Origin: an uncultured Conexibacteraceae bacterium
GTDB lineage: Bacteria; Actinomycetota; Thermoleophilia; Solirubrobacterales; 70-9
Length of the DNA: 64,000 bases
Direction: 5' to 3'
NCBI GenBank assembly: GCA_963745755.1
Contig: CAVUYP010000001.1
Location: 930,667 to 994,666, forward strand
The position numbers and the translations under genes are program-made. The notes under the pieces were generated by a model. The model saw nothing but the letters and a program-made list of their open reading frames with translations. It ran no database searches and was not told the origin of the DNA. Every line of letters begins with the position of its first letter. Within the stretch, counting starts at the first letter, position 1. Shown piece by piece: positions 41,252 to 52,689 of this stretch.

Positions 41252-42465
41252 TCAGGTCTGGGCGGCCTCCCAGGGGGCGGCGCCGGCCATGATCGCGTCG
41301 CGGTAGGCGCCGTAGCGGCCGGCGACGATCGCCTCGCGGCCGGCGGCGACGAGCCGCTGCGCGTAGACGAGGTTGTGGATCGTCAGCAGCCGCACGCCGG
41401 TCAGCTCCTCGGCCCGCGAGAGGTAGTGGACGTAGGCGCGGCTGAACCGGGTGCAGGCCGGGCACGGGCAGCCGCGAACGAGCGGCCCGGACTCGGCCTC
41501 GTTGCGGCGCTTGCGGACGTCGTAGCGAAAGCGGCGCTCGGGCAGCGGCGCCAGGGCCATGCCGTGGCGGCCGAGCCGGGTCGGCACCGCGCAGTCGAAG
41601 CTGTCGACGCCGACGCGCGATTCCCTCCGACGAGGTCGTCGGGCTCGCCGATGCCGAGCAGGTGCCGGGGCGGGTCCGCGGGCAGCATCGCGACGGTCAT
41701 CGCGACCACCTCGCGCATCTGCCCCTTGTCCTTGCCGAGGGTGCCGCCGATCGCGATCCCGTCGACGCCGGACCCCGCGACGGCCGCCGCGGAGGTGCGC
41801 CGCAGCTTCTCGTGGGTGCCGCCCTGGACGATCCCGAACACCGCCTGGCCGGACGGGCCGTTGTCGGCATGCCAGTCGAGGCAGCGCTGCAGCCAGCGGT
41901 GCGTTCGCTCGGTCGAGCGCGCGGTGTAGTCGTAGTCGGCGCGGAACGGCGTGCACTCGTCGAAGACGAGCGCGATGTCGGAGCCGAGCTGGGCCTGGAC
42001 CTCCATCGAGCGCTCCGGCGAGAGGAAGTGCTCGGCGCCGTCGATGTAGGAGCGGAAGGCGACTCCGTCCTCGCCGATGTCGAGGACGCCCCCCTCGAGC
42101 GGCGGCCTGCCGCGACGACCCTTGACCTCGTCGGCGACGCTTCCGAAGGCAAGGGAAAACACCTGGAAACCGCCGGAATCGGTGATGATCGCCCGATCCC
42201 AGCCCATGAACGAGTGGAGGCCCCCGAGCTCGGCGATCCGCTCGCCGCCGGGTGCCAGCATCAGGTGGTAGGTGTTGCCGAGGACCATCTCGTAGCCGCT
42301 GCCGGAGACCTCGTCGGGCAGCAGGCCCTTGACCGAGCCGCGGGTCGCGAGCGGCACGAAGCAGGGCGTTTCGACCGGACCGTGCGGGGTGTGCAGGACT
42401 CCCGCCCTGGCGTCGCCGTCGCGGGCGACGATCTCGAACCCGAGCCGCCCCGGATCGCTACGCAT
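41252..42465 (-). pseudogene. tgt: tRNA-guanine transglycosylase (queuine tRNA-ribosyltransferase), one frame change near 41620
   Basis: ORF 41401..42465 carries TPCFVPLATRGSVKG, DSGGFQVFSL and VFGIVQGG. The C-terminus is in ORF 41252..41956, with FDCAVPTR and the zinc site CPCPACTRFSRAYVHYL. Confidence 0.9.
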
Positions 42466-43999
42466 CGCGCAGCGAACGACCGGTCATCCCCGCCGGCTGC
42501 TCGACCCCGAGCAGGTCCAGGGCCGTCGGAGCGACGTCGGCGAGGATCCCCTCGTGCAACTCGATCCCGCGCACGGTCGTGATCAGCGGCACCGGGTTGG
42601 TCGTGTGGGCGGTGTTCGGCGAGCCGTCCGGCTCGAGCATGTGCTCGGCGTTGCCGTGATCGGCGGTGATGATGCAGGCGCCGCCGGCCGCATGGACGGT
42701 CGCGACGACCCGCGCCAGGCAACCGTCGACGGCCTCGATGGCGCTGATCGCCGCCGGGATCGACCCGGTGTGGCCGACCATGTCCGGGTTGGCGAAGTTG
42801 ATGATCCCGAACCGGAACCCGTCCTCCCCCCAGGCCGAGCAGAATCCGTCGGCGGCCTTGGCGGCGCTCATCTCGGGACGCTTGTCGTAGGTCGGGACGT
42901 CGCGGGGAGACTCGGCCATGCGCCGCTCCTCGCCGGCCCATTCGGCCTCGCGGCCGCCGTTGAAGAAGTAGGTCACGTGCGCGTACTTCTCGGTCTCGGC
43001 GACGTGGATCTGGCGGCCGCCGGCGGCGCTGATCACCTCGGCGATCGTCGTCGCCGGCGCGTGCGGCGGGAACGCGACCGGATAGGCCCAGCCGTCCCGG
43101 TAGCTCGCCATCGTCGTGATGTCGAGGCCCGGATCGCCGCCGCGCTCGAAGCCGTCGAAGCCGGGGTCGCCGAGCGCCGCGACGATCTGCCGCATCCGGT
43201 CGGGCCGGAAGTTGAAGGTGATGACGACGTCGCCCGGCTGCATCCCGTCGTAGTCGCCGATCACGGTCGGCTTGATGAACTCATCGGTGTCGCCGGCGGC
43301 GTAGGCGTCGGCGATCGCCTCGGCGGCGTCGCCGGCCCGCGGCCCGGCGCCGTGGACCATCGCGTCGTAGGCAAGCTTCGTCCGCTCCCAACGGTGGTCG
43401 CGATCCATGCCGTAGTAGCGACCGCCGACGGTGCCGATCCGCCCGGCGCTGCGCAGCCAGCGCTCGACCTCCTCGACATAGCGGGCGCCGCCGGAGGGGC
43501 TGGTGTCGCGACCGTCGGTGAGCGCGTGGAGGACGAGGTCGGGGACGCCCTCGCGCGCCGCCAGCTCGATGCATGCCTCGATGTGCCCCCAGCCGGAGTG
43601 GACGCCGCCGTCGGAGACGAGACCGATCAGATGAAGGCGGCCGCGCGGGCTGCTGCGGGCCCGCTCGCAGGCGCCGACGAGCACCTCGTTCTCGAAGAAG
43701 CTGCCGTCGGCGACCGCCGCGTCGATCCGGGCCAGGTCCTGCTTGACGATCGCGCCGGCGCCGAGGTTCAGGTGCCCGACCTCGGAGTTGCCCATCTGCC
43801 CCTCCGGGAGGCCGACGTCGTGACCGGACGCCGAGAGCCGGGTGTGCGGGTAGGTGCTCCAGAGCTCATCGAACGTCGGCGTCAGCGACTGCGAGATCGC
43901 GTTGCCGGGGCCGGCCTCGGCGAGGCCCCAGCCGTCGAGGATCACCAGGGCGAGCCCCGGGACCGGGATCGAATCGGGTCCACTCGGCAGATCGGTCAT
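42458..43999 (-). CDS. gpmI: 2,3-bisphosphoglycerate-independent phosphoglycerate mutase
   Basis: ORF 42458..44161 trimmed to MTDLPSGPDSIPVPGLALVILDGWG. GNSEVGHLNLGAG, LISDGGVHS-like LVSDGGVHS, and ITADHGNAE are present. The ORF is uninterrupted. Confidence 0.92.
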   Translation of the reverse strand: MTDLPSGPDSIPVPGLALVILDGWGLAEAGPGNAISQSLTPTFDELWSTYPHTRLSASGHDVGLPEGQMGNSEVGHLNLGAGAIVKQDLARIDAAVADGSFFENEVLVGACERARSSPRGRLHLIGLVSDGGVHSGWGHIEACIELAAREGVPDLVLHALTDGRDTSPSGGARYVEEVERWLRSAGRIGTVGGRYYGMDRDHRWERTKLAYDAMVHGAGPRAGDAAEAIADAYAAGDTDEFIKPTVIGDYDGMQPGDVVITFNFRPDRMRQIVAALGDPGFDGFERGGDPGLDITTMASYRDGWAYPVAFPPHAPATTIAEVISAAGGRQIHVAETEKYAHVTYFFNGGREAEWAGEERRMAESPRDVPTYDKRPEMSAAKAADGFCSAWGEDGFRFGIINFANPDMVGHTGSIPAAISAIEAVDGCLARVVATVHAAGGACIITADHGNAEHMLEPDGSPNTAHTTNPVPLITTVRGIELHEGILADVAPTALDLLGVEQPAGMTGRSLRDA

Positions 44000-44009
44000 C
44001 TTCAACCTC

Positions 44010-44768
44010 CTATGCCGCCGCGACGATCGCGGCGAAGTCGTCGGCATCGAGCGAGGCGCCGCCGACGAGGGCGCCGTCGATGTCGCTCTGGCCGAGCAGC
44101 TCGGCTGCGTTGGCGGGCTTGACGGAGCCGCCGTACTGGATCCTGATCCGCTCGGCGGCACCCTCGTCTCGGGCCGCGATCAGCGAGCGGATGAAGCCGC
44201 AGGCGTCGTTGGCCTGCTCGGCGGTGGCGGTCTTGCCGGTGCCGATCGCCCAGATCGGCTCGTAGGCGATGACGACGTCGGCCAACGCGGCGTCCTCGAC
44301 CCGGGCCAGCGCCGCGTCGACCTGGCGGCGCAGGACCCGGTCGGTCTCGTCGCGCTCGCGCTCGCCGTCGCTCTCGCCGACGCAGAGGATCGGCAGCAGC
44401 CCGGCCGCGAGCGCGACCGGCAGCTTCCGCGACAGCGCCTCGTCGGTCTCGGCGAAGTACTGGCGGCGCTCGGAGTGGCCGAGGACGACGCCCTCGGCGC
44501 CGGCGTCGAGCAGCATCGCCGCGGAGACCTCGCCGGTGAAGGCGCCCGACTTCTCGAAGTACATGTTCTGAGCGGCGGCGGCGACGCCGGTGCCGGTGCA
44601 GAGCTGGGCGACGAGCGGCAGCGCCAGAAACGACGGGCAGATGATCACCTCCGCTCCGTCCTCGCCGAGATCCTCGAGGTCGGGCAGCAACTCCTCGCAG
44701 AAGGCGCGCGCCTCGCCGATCGTCTTGTTCATCTTCCAGTTGGCCGCGATCAGCGGTCGCCTCGTCAT
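44010..44768 (-). CDS. tpiA: triosephosphate isomerase
   Basis: The C-terminal 252 aa of ORF 44010..45755, from [24 protein letters not shown] and [15 protein letters not shown] are present. The ATG overlaps the pgk stop. Confidence 0.95.
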   Translation of the reverse strand: MTRRPLIAANWKMNKTIGEARAFCEELLPDLEDLGEDGAEVIICPSFLALPLVAQLCTGTGVAAAAQNMYFEKSGAFTGEVSAAMLLDAGAEGVVLGHSERRQYFAETDEALSRKLPVALAAGLLPILCVGESDGERERDETDRVLRRQVDAALARVEDAALADVVIAYEPIWAIGTGKTATAEQANDACGFIRSLIAARDEGAAERIRIQYGGSVKPANAAELLGQSDIDGALVGGASLDADDFAAIVAAA

Positions 44769-45987
44769 CTCCTGCTCCGTTCCTCGTCGCCGCGATCCCG
44801 GAGCGCCTCGACGCCGGGCAGCGGTTTGCCTTCGATCAGCTCCAGGGACGCGCCGCCACCGGTCGACAGCCAGCTGACCTCGTCGGCGAGGCCGAACCCG
44901 CTCAGCGCCGCGCCGGAGTCGCCGCCGCCGACGATCGTCGTCGCGTCGCTCGCCGCGACCGCCTCGGCGACCGCCCTGGTCCCTGCCGCGAACGGGGGCA
45001 GCTCGAACGCTCCCATCGGGCCGTTCCAGAAGACGGTGCCGGCGGCCGCGATCGCCGCCGCGTAGGCGCGGGCGGTCGCCGGCCCGACGTCGAGTCCCAT
45101 CATCCCCGTCGGGCACGTCGACGCCGTCGCTCGCGACCGGCTCGGCGGCGGCGGAGAAGCTCGCGCCGAGGACGAGGTCGGTCGGCAGGTCGAGCTCGCA
45201 GTCCGATTCGGCGGCGAGCTCGAGCGCCCGGCCGGCGAGCTCGATCCCCTCCTCCTCGACCAGCGACTCGCCGGTCTCGTGACCCTGGGCGCGGAAGAAG
45301 CTGAAGCACATCGCTCCGCCGATCAGGATCCGGTCGGCGATCTCGAGGAACCGTTCGATCACGCCGACCTTGTCGGTGACCTTGGCGCCGCCGAGGACGA
45401 CGACGAGCGGTCGCGCCGGATCGTCGAGCACGGCGGTCAGCTCGCGCACCTCGCGCTCGAGCAGCAGCCCCGCATAGGCGGGCAGGCGGTGGGCGACGCC
45501 CGCGGTCGAGGCGTGGGCACGGTGGGCGGCGCCGAACGCGTCGTTGACGTAGAGGTCGGCGAGAGCGGCGAGCTTCTCGGCGAGGGCGTCGTCGTCGGCC
45601 TTCTCGCCAGGCTCGTAGCGGGTGTTCTCGAGCAGCAGGACGCCGCCCGGCTCGAGCGCCCGCGCCGCCGCCTCGACGTCGTCGCCGACCACGCCCGGAG
45701 CCAGCGCCACCTCGGTTCCGAGCAGCTCGCCGAGCCGGGCCGCGACCGGGGCCATCGAGAGCGCCGGGTCACGGTCGCTCGGGCCGGCCGAGATGGGAGC
45801 AGAGGACGATCCGGGCGCCGCGGTCGCGGAGCAGCTCGATCGTCGGCAGCGCCGCCCTGATCCGGGTGTCGTCGCCGACCGTTCCCTCGGCGAGCGGCAC
45901 GTTGAGGTCGGCCCGCACCAGCACGGTGCGGCCGCTCACCTCGGCATCGCGGACCGATGCCTTCTCGAATCGCCCGGGCTCGCTCAC
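44765..45987 (-). pseudogene. pgk: phosphoglycerate kinase, two frame changes
   Basis: The N-terminus ([11 protein letters not shown]...ALPTIELL...CSHLGRP) is in ORF 45769..46056. The middle (LLLENTRYEPGE...YVNDAFGAAHRAHAS...LGGAKVTDK) is in ORF 44010..45755. The C-terminus ([11 protein letters not shown]...GGGDSGAA...STGGGASLE) is in ORF 44765..45103. Confidence 0.92.
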
Positions 45988-46007
45988 GTCATCGCCGGCA
46001 GCCGGTC

Positions 46008-47117
<1,110 letters not shown>

Positions 47118-47138
47118 CTACGGACGCGCCTACCGGAC

Positions 47139-47913
47139 TCACCCGTGGCGCGGCGCCCAGCGGAAGAAGCGCATCGTCACGAGCATTCCGGCGATCCCCC
47201 AGACGGCGACGACGGCGAGGTGACCCCAATCGAAGCCGGCGCCGGTGGTGAGCGGGTCGAACGCGGTCAGGAACGCCTGGAAGAACGGCCGGATCGGGAA
47301 GATCGAGGCGAGCGTGAGGACGCCGTCGGGGATCTCGCTCTCGGGGACGAAGACGCCGGAGAGGAAGTAGAGCGGCAGCACGGTGAAGTTCGTGATCGGC
47401 GGCGCCGCCTCCTCGCTGGGGATCACGGTGCTGAGCGCCAACCCGAGCGAGCAGAACGCGAAGGTGCCGACGATCAGGGTGACGAGCAGAGCCGGGATCG
47501 TCGTCGGTCGGGATCGCGACCCCGTAGAGGAGGTTGCCGAGCGCGGTGACGATGACGACCATCAGCAGCGAGACGACGAAGGCGTTGCCGATCCGGCCGC
47601 CGATGTAGGCCCAGGTCGGCAGTGGCGTGCCGCGCATCCGCTTCAGCCGGCCGCTCTCGCGCATCTCGACGATCCGCATCGCGACGTTGACGAGCGTCGC
47701 CGAGACGACCGCGAGGGTGATGATCCCCGGCACGTAGTAGGTCGCGGCGTCGATGCCCGAGGCCCTGTCGATCTGCTGGTTGCCGAACAGCGAGGCGAAC
47801 AGGAGCAGGAAGATGACCGGGAACATGACCGTGAAGAACACGGCCGCCGGGCTCCGCCAGAAGACCTTCTGCTCGAAGCGGAACTGATGGAGGACGAGGG
47901 CGGCGCCGCTCAT
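47139..47913 (-). pseudogene. ABC-2 type transporter permease, one frame change near 47480
   Basis: MSGAALVLHQFRFEQKVFWRSPAAVFFTVMFPVIFLL... is in ORF 47083..48312, and the last 100 aa are in ORF 47139..47441. The ATG overlaps the ATPase stop (ATGA). Confidence 0.75.
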
Positions 47914-48830
47914 CCGCCGCTCCCCTGTCCGGTCAGCTCGAGGTAGACGTCCTCGAGGCTCGGTCGCGTCACCTCGAGCCGGCTCGAGGCCGACGCCGTT
48001 GGCGAGCGCCCAGCCGGTCAGCTCGTTGAGGCTGCGGGTCGGATCGCCGGTGCGAAGCCTGAGCCGCCCGTCGGAGCGGGACCACTCCCCGCTCGACCGC
48101 GGCCTCGGATCGCGCGCCGCCGCGCCGGCGGGCAGGTCGAAGCTGATCAGGCTGTCGGCGTCGCGGCGGCCGCCGAGGTCGTCGGGGGTGCCGGTGGCGA
48201 TGATCTCGCCGGCGGCGATCACCGCGACCCGGTCGGCCAGCGCCTGCGCCTCGTCCATGTAGTGGGTCGTCAGCAACACGGTCTTGCCGAGCTCGCGCAG
48301 GCCCTCGATCACCTGCCAGGCGGCGCGGCGGGCGGAGGGGTCGAAGCCGGTCGTCGGCTCGTCGAGGAAGAGCAGCTCGGCGTCGCCGATCAGCGCGACG
48401 GCGACGTCGAGGCGGCGCTGCTGGCCACCGGAGAGCCGGCCGGCGCGCTCGTCGGCCTTGTCGGCGAGGCCGACGAGCTCGATCGTCTCCGCGACCGGCG
48501 CGCGGCCGCTCGTAGTAGCCCGCGTACATCTCGAGGGTCTCGCGCACGGTCAGCAGCGCCTCCATCCGGCACTCCTGGAGGACGAAGCCGACGCGGCCGC
48601 GCCAGTCGCGGCCGGCGTCCGGCCGGGTCGGTCCCGAGCACCTCGACGTCGCCACCGTCGCGATCGAGGTAGCCCTCCATGACCGAGATCGCGGTCGTCT
48701 TGCCGGCGCCGTTCGGCCCGAGGAACGCGAAGATCTCGCCGCGACGGACCTCGAGGTCGATCCCGCGCAGCGCCTCGAGTTCGCCGTAGGACTTGCGCAG
48801 CCCCTTGACGCTGATCACGGCTTCAGGCAC
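47910..48830 (-). pseudogene. ABC transporter ATP-binding protein, at least two frame changes
   Basis: Walker A GPNGAGKTT is in ORF 48390..48830. The Q-loop region GFVLQE is in 47969..48655. The signature and Walker B (LSGGQQRRL, LLFLDEPTTGFD) are in a third reading, continuing into the frame of ORF 47083..48312. Confidence 0.8.
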
Positions 48831-48854
48831 GAGCGGGGATTATGAAGGGCGCGC

Positions 48855-50746
48855 TCAGCCGGCCTTGTTGAGCTGGCGGTGGATGTCGCGGGCGAGCTTG
48901 CCGGGGATGCCCGGAACCGCCTCGATCTCCTCCGCCGAGGCGTCGAGGAAGCGCTCCGGCGAGCCGAAGTGGCTGAGCAGGGCTCGCTTGCGGGCCGGGC
49001 CGACGCCGCGCAGCCCGTCGAGCACGGAGCCGGTCATCGCCTTGCCGCGGCGCTTGCGGTGGAGGTCGAGCGCGAAGCGGTGCGCCTCGTCGCGGACCCG
49101 CTGCAGCAGCCGCGACGCCTCCGAGTCGGCGCCGGATCGGCAGCGGCGCCGAGCGGCCCGGCACGTAGACCTCCTCGAGCCGCTTGGCGAGCGAGATCAC
49201 CGTCGTGCCGCGCTCGATCAGCGGCTGCACGGCGCGGACGCCGGCGGCGAGCTGGCCCTTGCCGCCGTCGATCATGATCAGGCCCGGCAGCGCCGCGAAG
49301 CTCTCGTCGAGCTCGGCGTCGTGGGGCGAGCTTGCCGCTCTCGTCGAGGTAGCGGGCGAGCCGCCGCGAGAGCACCTCGTTGATCGCCGCGAAGTCGTCG
49401 GAGCTGCCGCCGATGCCGCGGATCCGGAATCGCCGGTAGTCGGACTTCTTCGGCGCGCCGCCCTCGAAGACGACCATCGAGGCGACCGTGTGCTCGGGGC
49501 CGAGGTTGGAGATGTCGTAGCCCTCGATCCGGATCGGGACCTCGTCCATGCCGAGCGCCTCCGCGAGCTCGGCGAGCGCCTCGGTCCGCTCGCGGCGGCG
49601 GCGCTCACGGCGCAGCTTGTCCTGGGCCAGCGCCAGCTTCGCGTTGCGCTCGGCGAGCTCGCGCAGCCGCCGCTTGTCGCCGCGCTCGGCGGCGCGGACC
49701 TCGACGGCGGTGCCGCGGCGCTCGGTCAGCGCCTCGGCGAGCAGCGCCGGTCCGGCTCGGCCAGCTCGGGGCCGACGACGACCAGCGGCGGCACCGTCGG
49801 CGACGCCTCGTAGTACTGGGCGATGAACTGCTCGCCGACCTCGCCGAGGTCGTCCTCGCCGCGGTTGTCGAGGTAGAAGCCCTGGCGCTCGGCGAGGACG
49901 CCGTCGCGGACCTGGAAGACCTGCGCGTTGGCCTCCTGACCCTCGACCGCGACGCCGATCAGGTCGGCCGTACCGACCTGCTCGCCGGCGACCTGCTGGC
50001 GCTCCATCAGCGAGCGGATCGCGGCGACCCGGTCGCGGAACAGCGCCGCCCGCTCGAACTCCTGGCCGGCCGCGGCGGCCTCCATCTTCGCGATCAGGTC
50101 GCGCTCGACCTCGCGGTAGCGGCCGGAGAGGAAGCGGCGGATCGCGTCGATGTTGCGGCCGTACTCCTCGGCGTCGATGTAGCCGACGCAGGGGGCCCCG
50201 CAGCGCTTGATGTAGTAGTCGAGGCAGGGCACGCCGGAGCGCCGGCCCGGCTCGGCGCCGTCGCAGGTCCGGTACTGGAACAGCTTGCCGAGCAGCTCGA
50301 GCGTCTCGCGGACCCGGCGGGCGTTCGCGTAGGGCCCGAAGTAGGCGCGGTTCGGGACGGTGCCGCTCGCGGGTGAAGTAGACCCGCGGGAACTCCTCGT
50401 CGAGGCTGATCCCGATGTAGGGATAGGACTTGTCGTCGCGGAGCTTGACGTTGAGGATCGGCCGGTGGCGCTTGATGAACTGCTGCTCGGCGATCAGCGC
50501 CTCGGCCTCGGTCTCGGTGACCAGGAAGTCGATCGACTCGATCTCGTCGGCGAGGCTGCCGAGCGTCGAGCGGGAGGAGAAGTGGCTGGCGACGCGCTTG
50601 CGGATCGACCGCGACTTGCCGACGTAGACGACCCGCCCGTCGCCGTCGCTGAACATGTAGACGCCGGGCTGGTCGGGCAGCCGCTTGCGCTGCTCGGAGA
50701 TGTCCTCGCGGCGCCGCTTTCGGCGCTTGTCGTCGCTGCCTGCCAT
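48855..50746 (-). pseudogene. uvrC: excinuclease ABC subunit C, multiple frame changes
   Basis: The GIY-YIG N-terminus (PGVYMFSDGDGRVVYVGKSRSIRKR) is in ORF 49034..50779. The UVR region is in 49726..50232. The endonuclease part (RIEGYDISN...MIDGGKGQL) is split between 49034..50779 and 48823..49608. The HhH tail ([21 protein letters not shown]) is in 48855..49037. Confidence 0.9.
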
Positions 50747-50824
50747 CGCCCTGGGAACTGTAGGGAGGGACCCCGCCATACACTCGCGGCCTCGATCGAA
50801 GCCCGCCGACCCCGTGGAGTGAGC

Positions 50825-51656
50825 ATGAGCGACCCAGTCCCGTCCCCGTCACCGCCCGAGCTGAAGACGATGCGGTTCGAGACCGACGGGCCGATCGGCA
50901 CGCTGACCCTCTGCCGTCCCGACGACATGAACGCGATGAGCCCGGCGATGATCGCCGAGCTGGCGCTGATCGCCCCCTGGCTCGCCGACCGGGCGCCGAT
51001 CCGGGCGCTGATCGTGACCGGCGAGGGACGCGCGTTCTCGGCCGGCGGCGACATCAACTGGTTCCGGCGCGGCCTCGAGGACCCCGACGCCGACCTCGTC
51101 GCCGACGTCCGCCGCGGCGCCGACGTCCTCCACCAGGCGATCGTCGACTTCAAGCGGATCCCCTACCCGGTGATCGCCGCCGTCAACGGCCCCGCCGCCG
51201 GCGCCGGCTTCTCGCTGGCGCTGATGTGCGACATCCGGATCGCCTCCGAGAAGGCGTTCTTCGTCTGCGCCTACGGCCGGATCGGCGCCTCTCCCGACGG
51301 CGGCATGACCTACTTCCTGCCCCGCGTCATCGGCCCCGCCGCGGCCGCCGAGCTGATGCTCGAGGACCCGAACCTGACCGCCGCCGACGCGCTCGAGCGG
51401 GGCCTCGTCTCCAAGGTCGTCGCCGCCGACGAGCTGCTCGCCGCCGCCGGCGCGAAGGCGGCCGAGCTCGCCGCCAAGTCCCCGCACTACCAGCGGATGG
51501 TCAAGCGCCTGGTCTGGGCAGAGCCTCGACAACTCGCTCGCCGACCACCTGCAGATCGAGCGCCACGGGATCGCCGACTCGATGGGGACCGAGGACCTCC
51601 GCAACGGCGTCCGCGACTTCCTCGCCGGCGAGCAGCCGCAGTTCGAGGGACGCTGA
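50825..51656 (+). pseudogene. enoyl-CoA hydratase/isomerase family protein, one frame change near 51510
   Basis: Lies inside ORF 50360..51703 from the ATG at 50825. It carries the crotonase motifs GRAFSAGGDI and AAVNGPAAGAGFSLALMCDIRIA. The last about 45 aa (LADHLQIERHGIADSMGTEDLRNGVRDFLAGEQPQFEGR) are in another frame. Confidence 0.8.
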
Positions 51657-51733
51657 GGCGCAGCGCGAGGTCCGGCCGCCAGCGCCGCCGGAGTAGTGTC
51701 TGAGGGCATCCACCAGCCCAAGGAGGCGCAATC

Positions 51734-52171
51734 TTGAAGACGCGATTGATGACCCTCGCAGCGGTCACCGTCCTCGCGGCGGCGGCGCTGGCGCTCGCCG
51801 CCTGCGGCAGCAGCGACGACTCGAGCAGCACCACGGCGGCGACCAGCTCGACCGAGACTTCGACCTCGACCTCCGCCGCCGGCGGCGCCACCGTCAAGTT
51901 CGAGGCCGACCCGAGCGGCGACCTCGCCTTCACCGAGACCGACGTCTCGGCGAAGGCCGGCAACGGCACGATCGAGTTCGACAACCCGTCCTCGATCGGC
52001 CACGACGTCGTCATCGAGGACCAGTCCGGCAACGAGATCGCCAAGACCGACGTGATCACCGACTCGACGGCGACCACGACCGCCGACCTCAAGCCCGGCA
52101 CCTACACCTTCTTCTGCTCGCGTCCCGGGCCACCGCGAGGCGGGCATGGAAGGCACGCTCACCGTCAAGTA
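51734..52171 (+). pseudogene. cupredoxin (plastocyanin/azurin-like blue copper) lipoprotein, one frame change at 52123-52131
   Basis: TTG start with AGGAGG upstream. The lipobox is LALAACGSS. The His ligand lies in SSIGHDVVI. Removing one G from TCCCGGGCC restores FFCSRPGHREAGMEGTLTVK, with the Cys, His and Met copper ligands. Confidence 0.8.
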
Positions 52172-52671
52172 GCGCGACCGCCCGCCGCGCCGGTCGAGGC
52201 CCTCAGCTCGACGAGGACCCGGCCGACGCTGTCGGCCACGCAGCAGGGCTTCTCGTTGCCCTCGACCTCGACGGTGAAGCGCGTCACCTGCTGATACCAG
52301 CCGCCGCCGACCTCGTCCAGCGAGACGATCTCGGCGGTGGCGCGGAGCCGCGAGCCGGCCGGCACCGGCGCCGGGAACCGGACCTTGTTCCAGCCGTAGT
52401 TGACGCCGAGCTTGAAGCCGGTCGTCTCGACCAGCGCCAGGCGCATCCCGTCGATCATCGAGAGGGTCAGGTTGCCGTGGGCGATCGTCGTCCCGAACGG
52501 GCTCTCGGCCTTCGCCCGCTCGACGTCGACGTGGATCCACTGATCGTCGCCGGAGAGCCGCGCGAAGTCGTCGATGTCGGCCTGGGTGACCCGACGCCAC
52601 TCGCAGGGTCCGATCGTCTCGCCGACCATCGCCTTCGCCTCCTCGATGCCGTCGATCTTGACCAGCGCCAT
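52165..52671 (-). CDS. MaoC-like (R)-specific enoyl-CoA hydratase (hot-dog fold)
   Basis: Uninterrupted 168 aa. The motif FARLSGDDQWIHVDVERAKAESPFGTTIAHG is a typical MaoC dehydratase signature. Confidence 0.85.
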   Translation of the reverse strand: MALVKIDGIEEAKAMVGETIGPCEWRRVTQADIDDFARLSGDDQWIHVDVERAKAESPFGTTIAHGNLTLSMIDGMRLALVETTGFKLGVNYGWNKVRFPAPVPAGSRLRATAEIVSLDEVGGGWYQQVTRFTVEVEGNEKPCCVADSVGRVLVELRASTGAAGGRAT

Positions 52672-52689
52672 GGCGCGGCAGCCTATCGC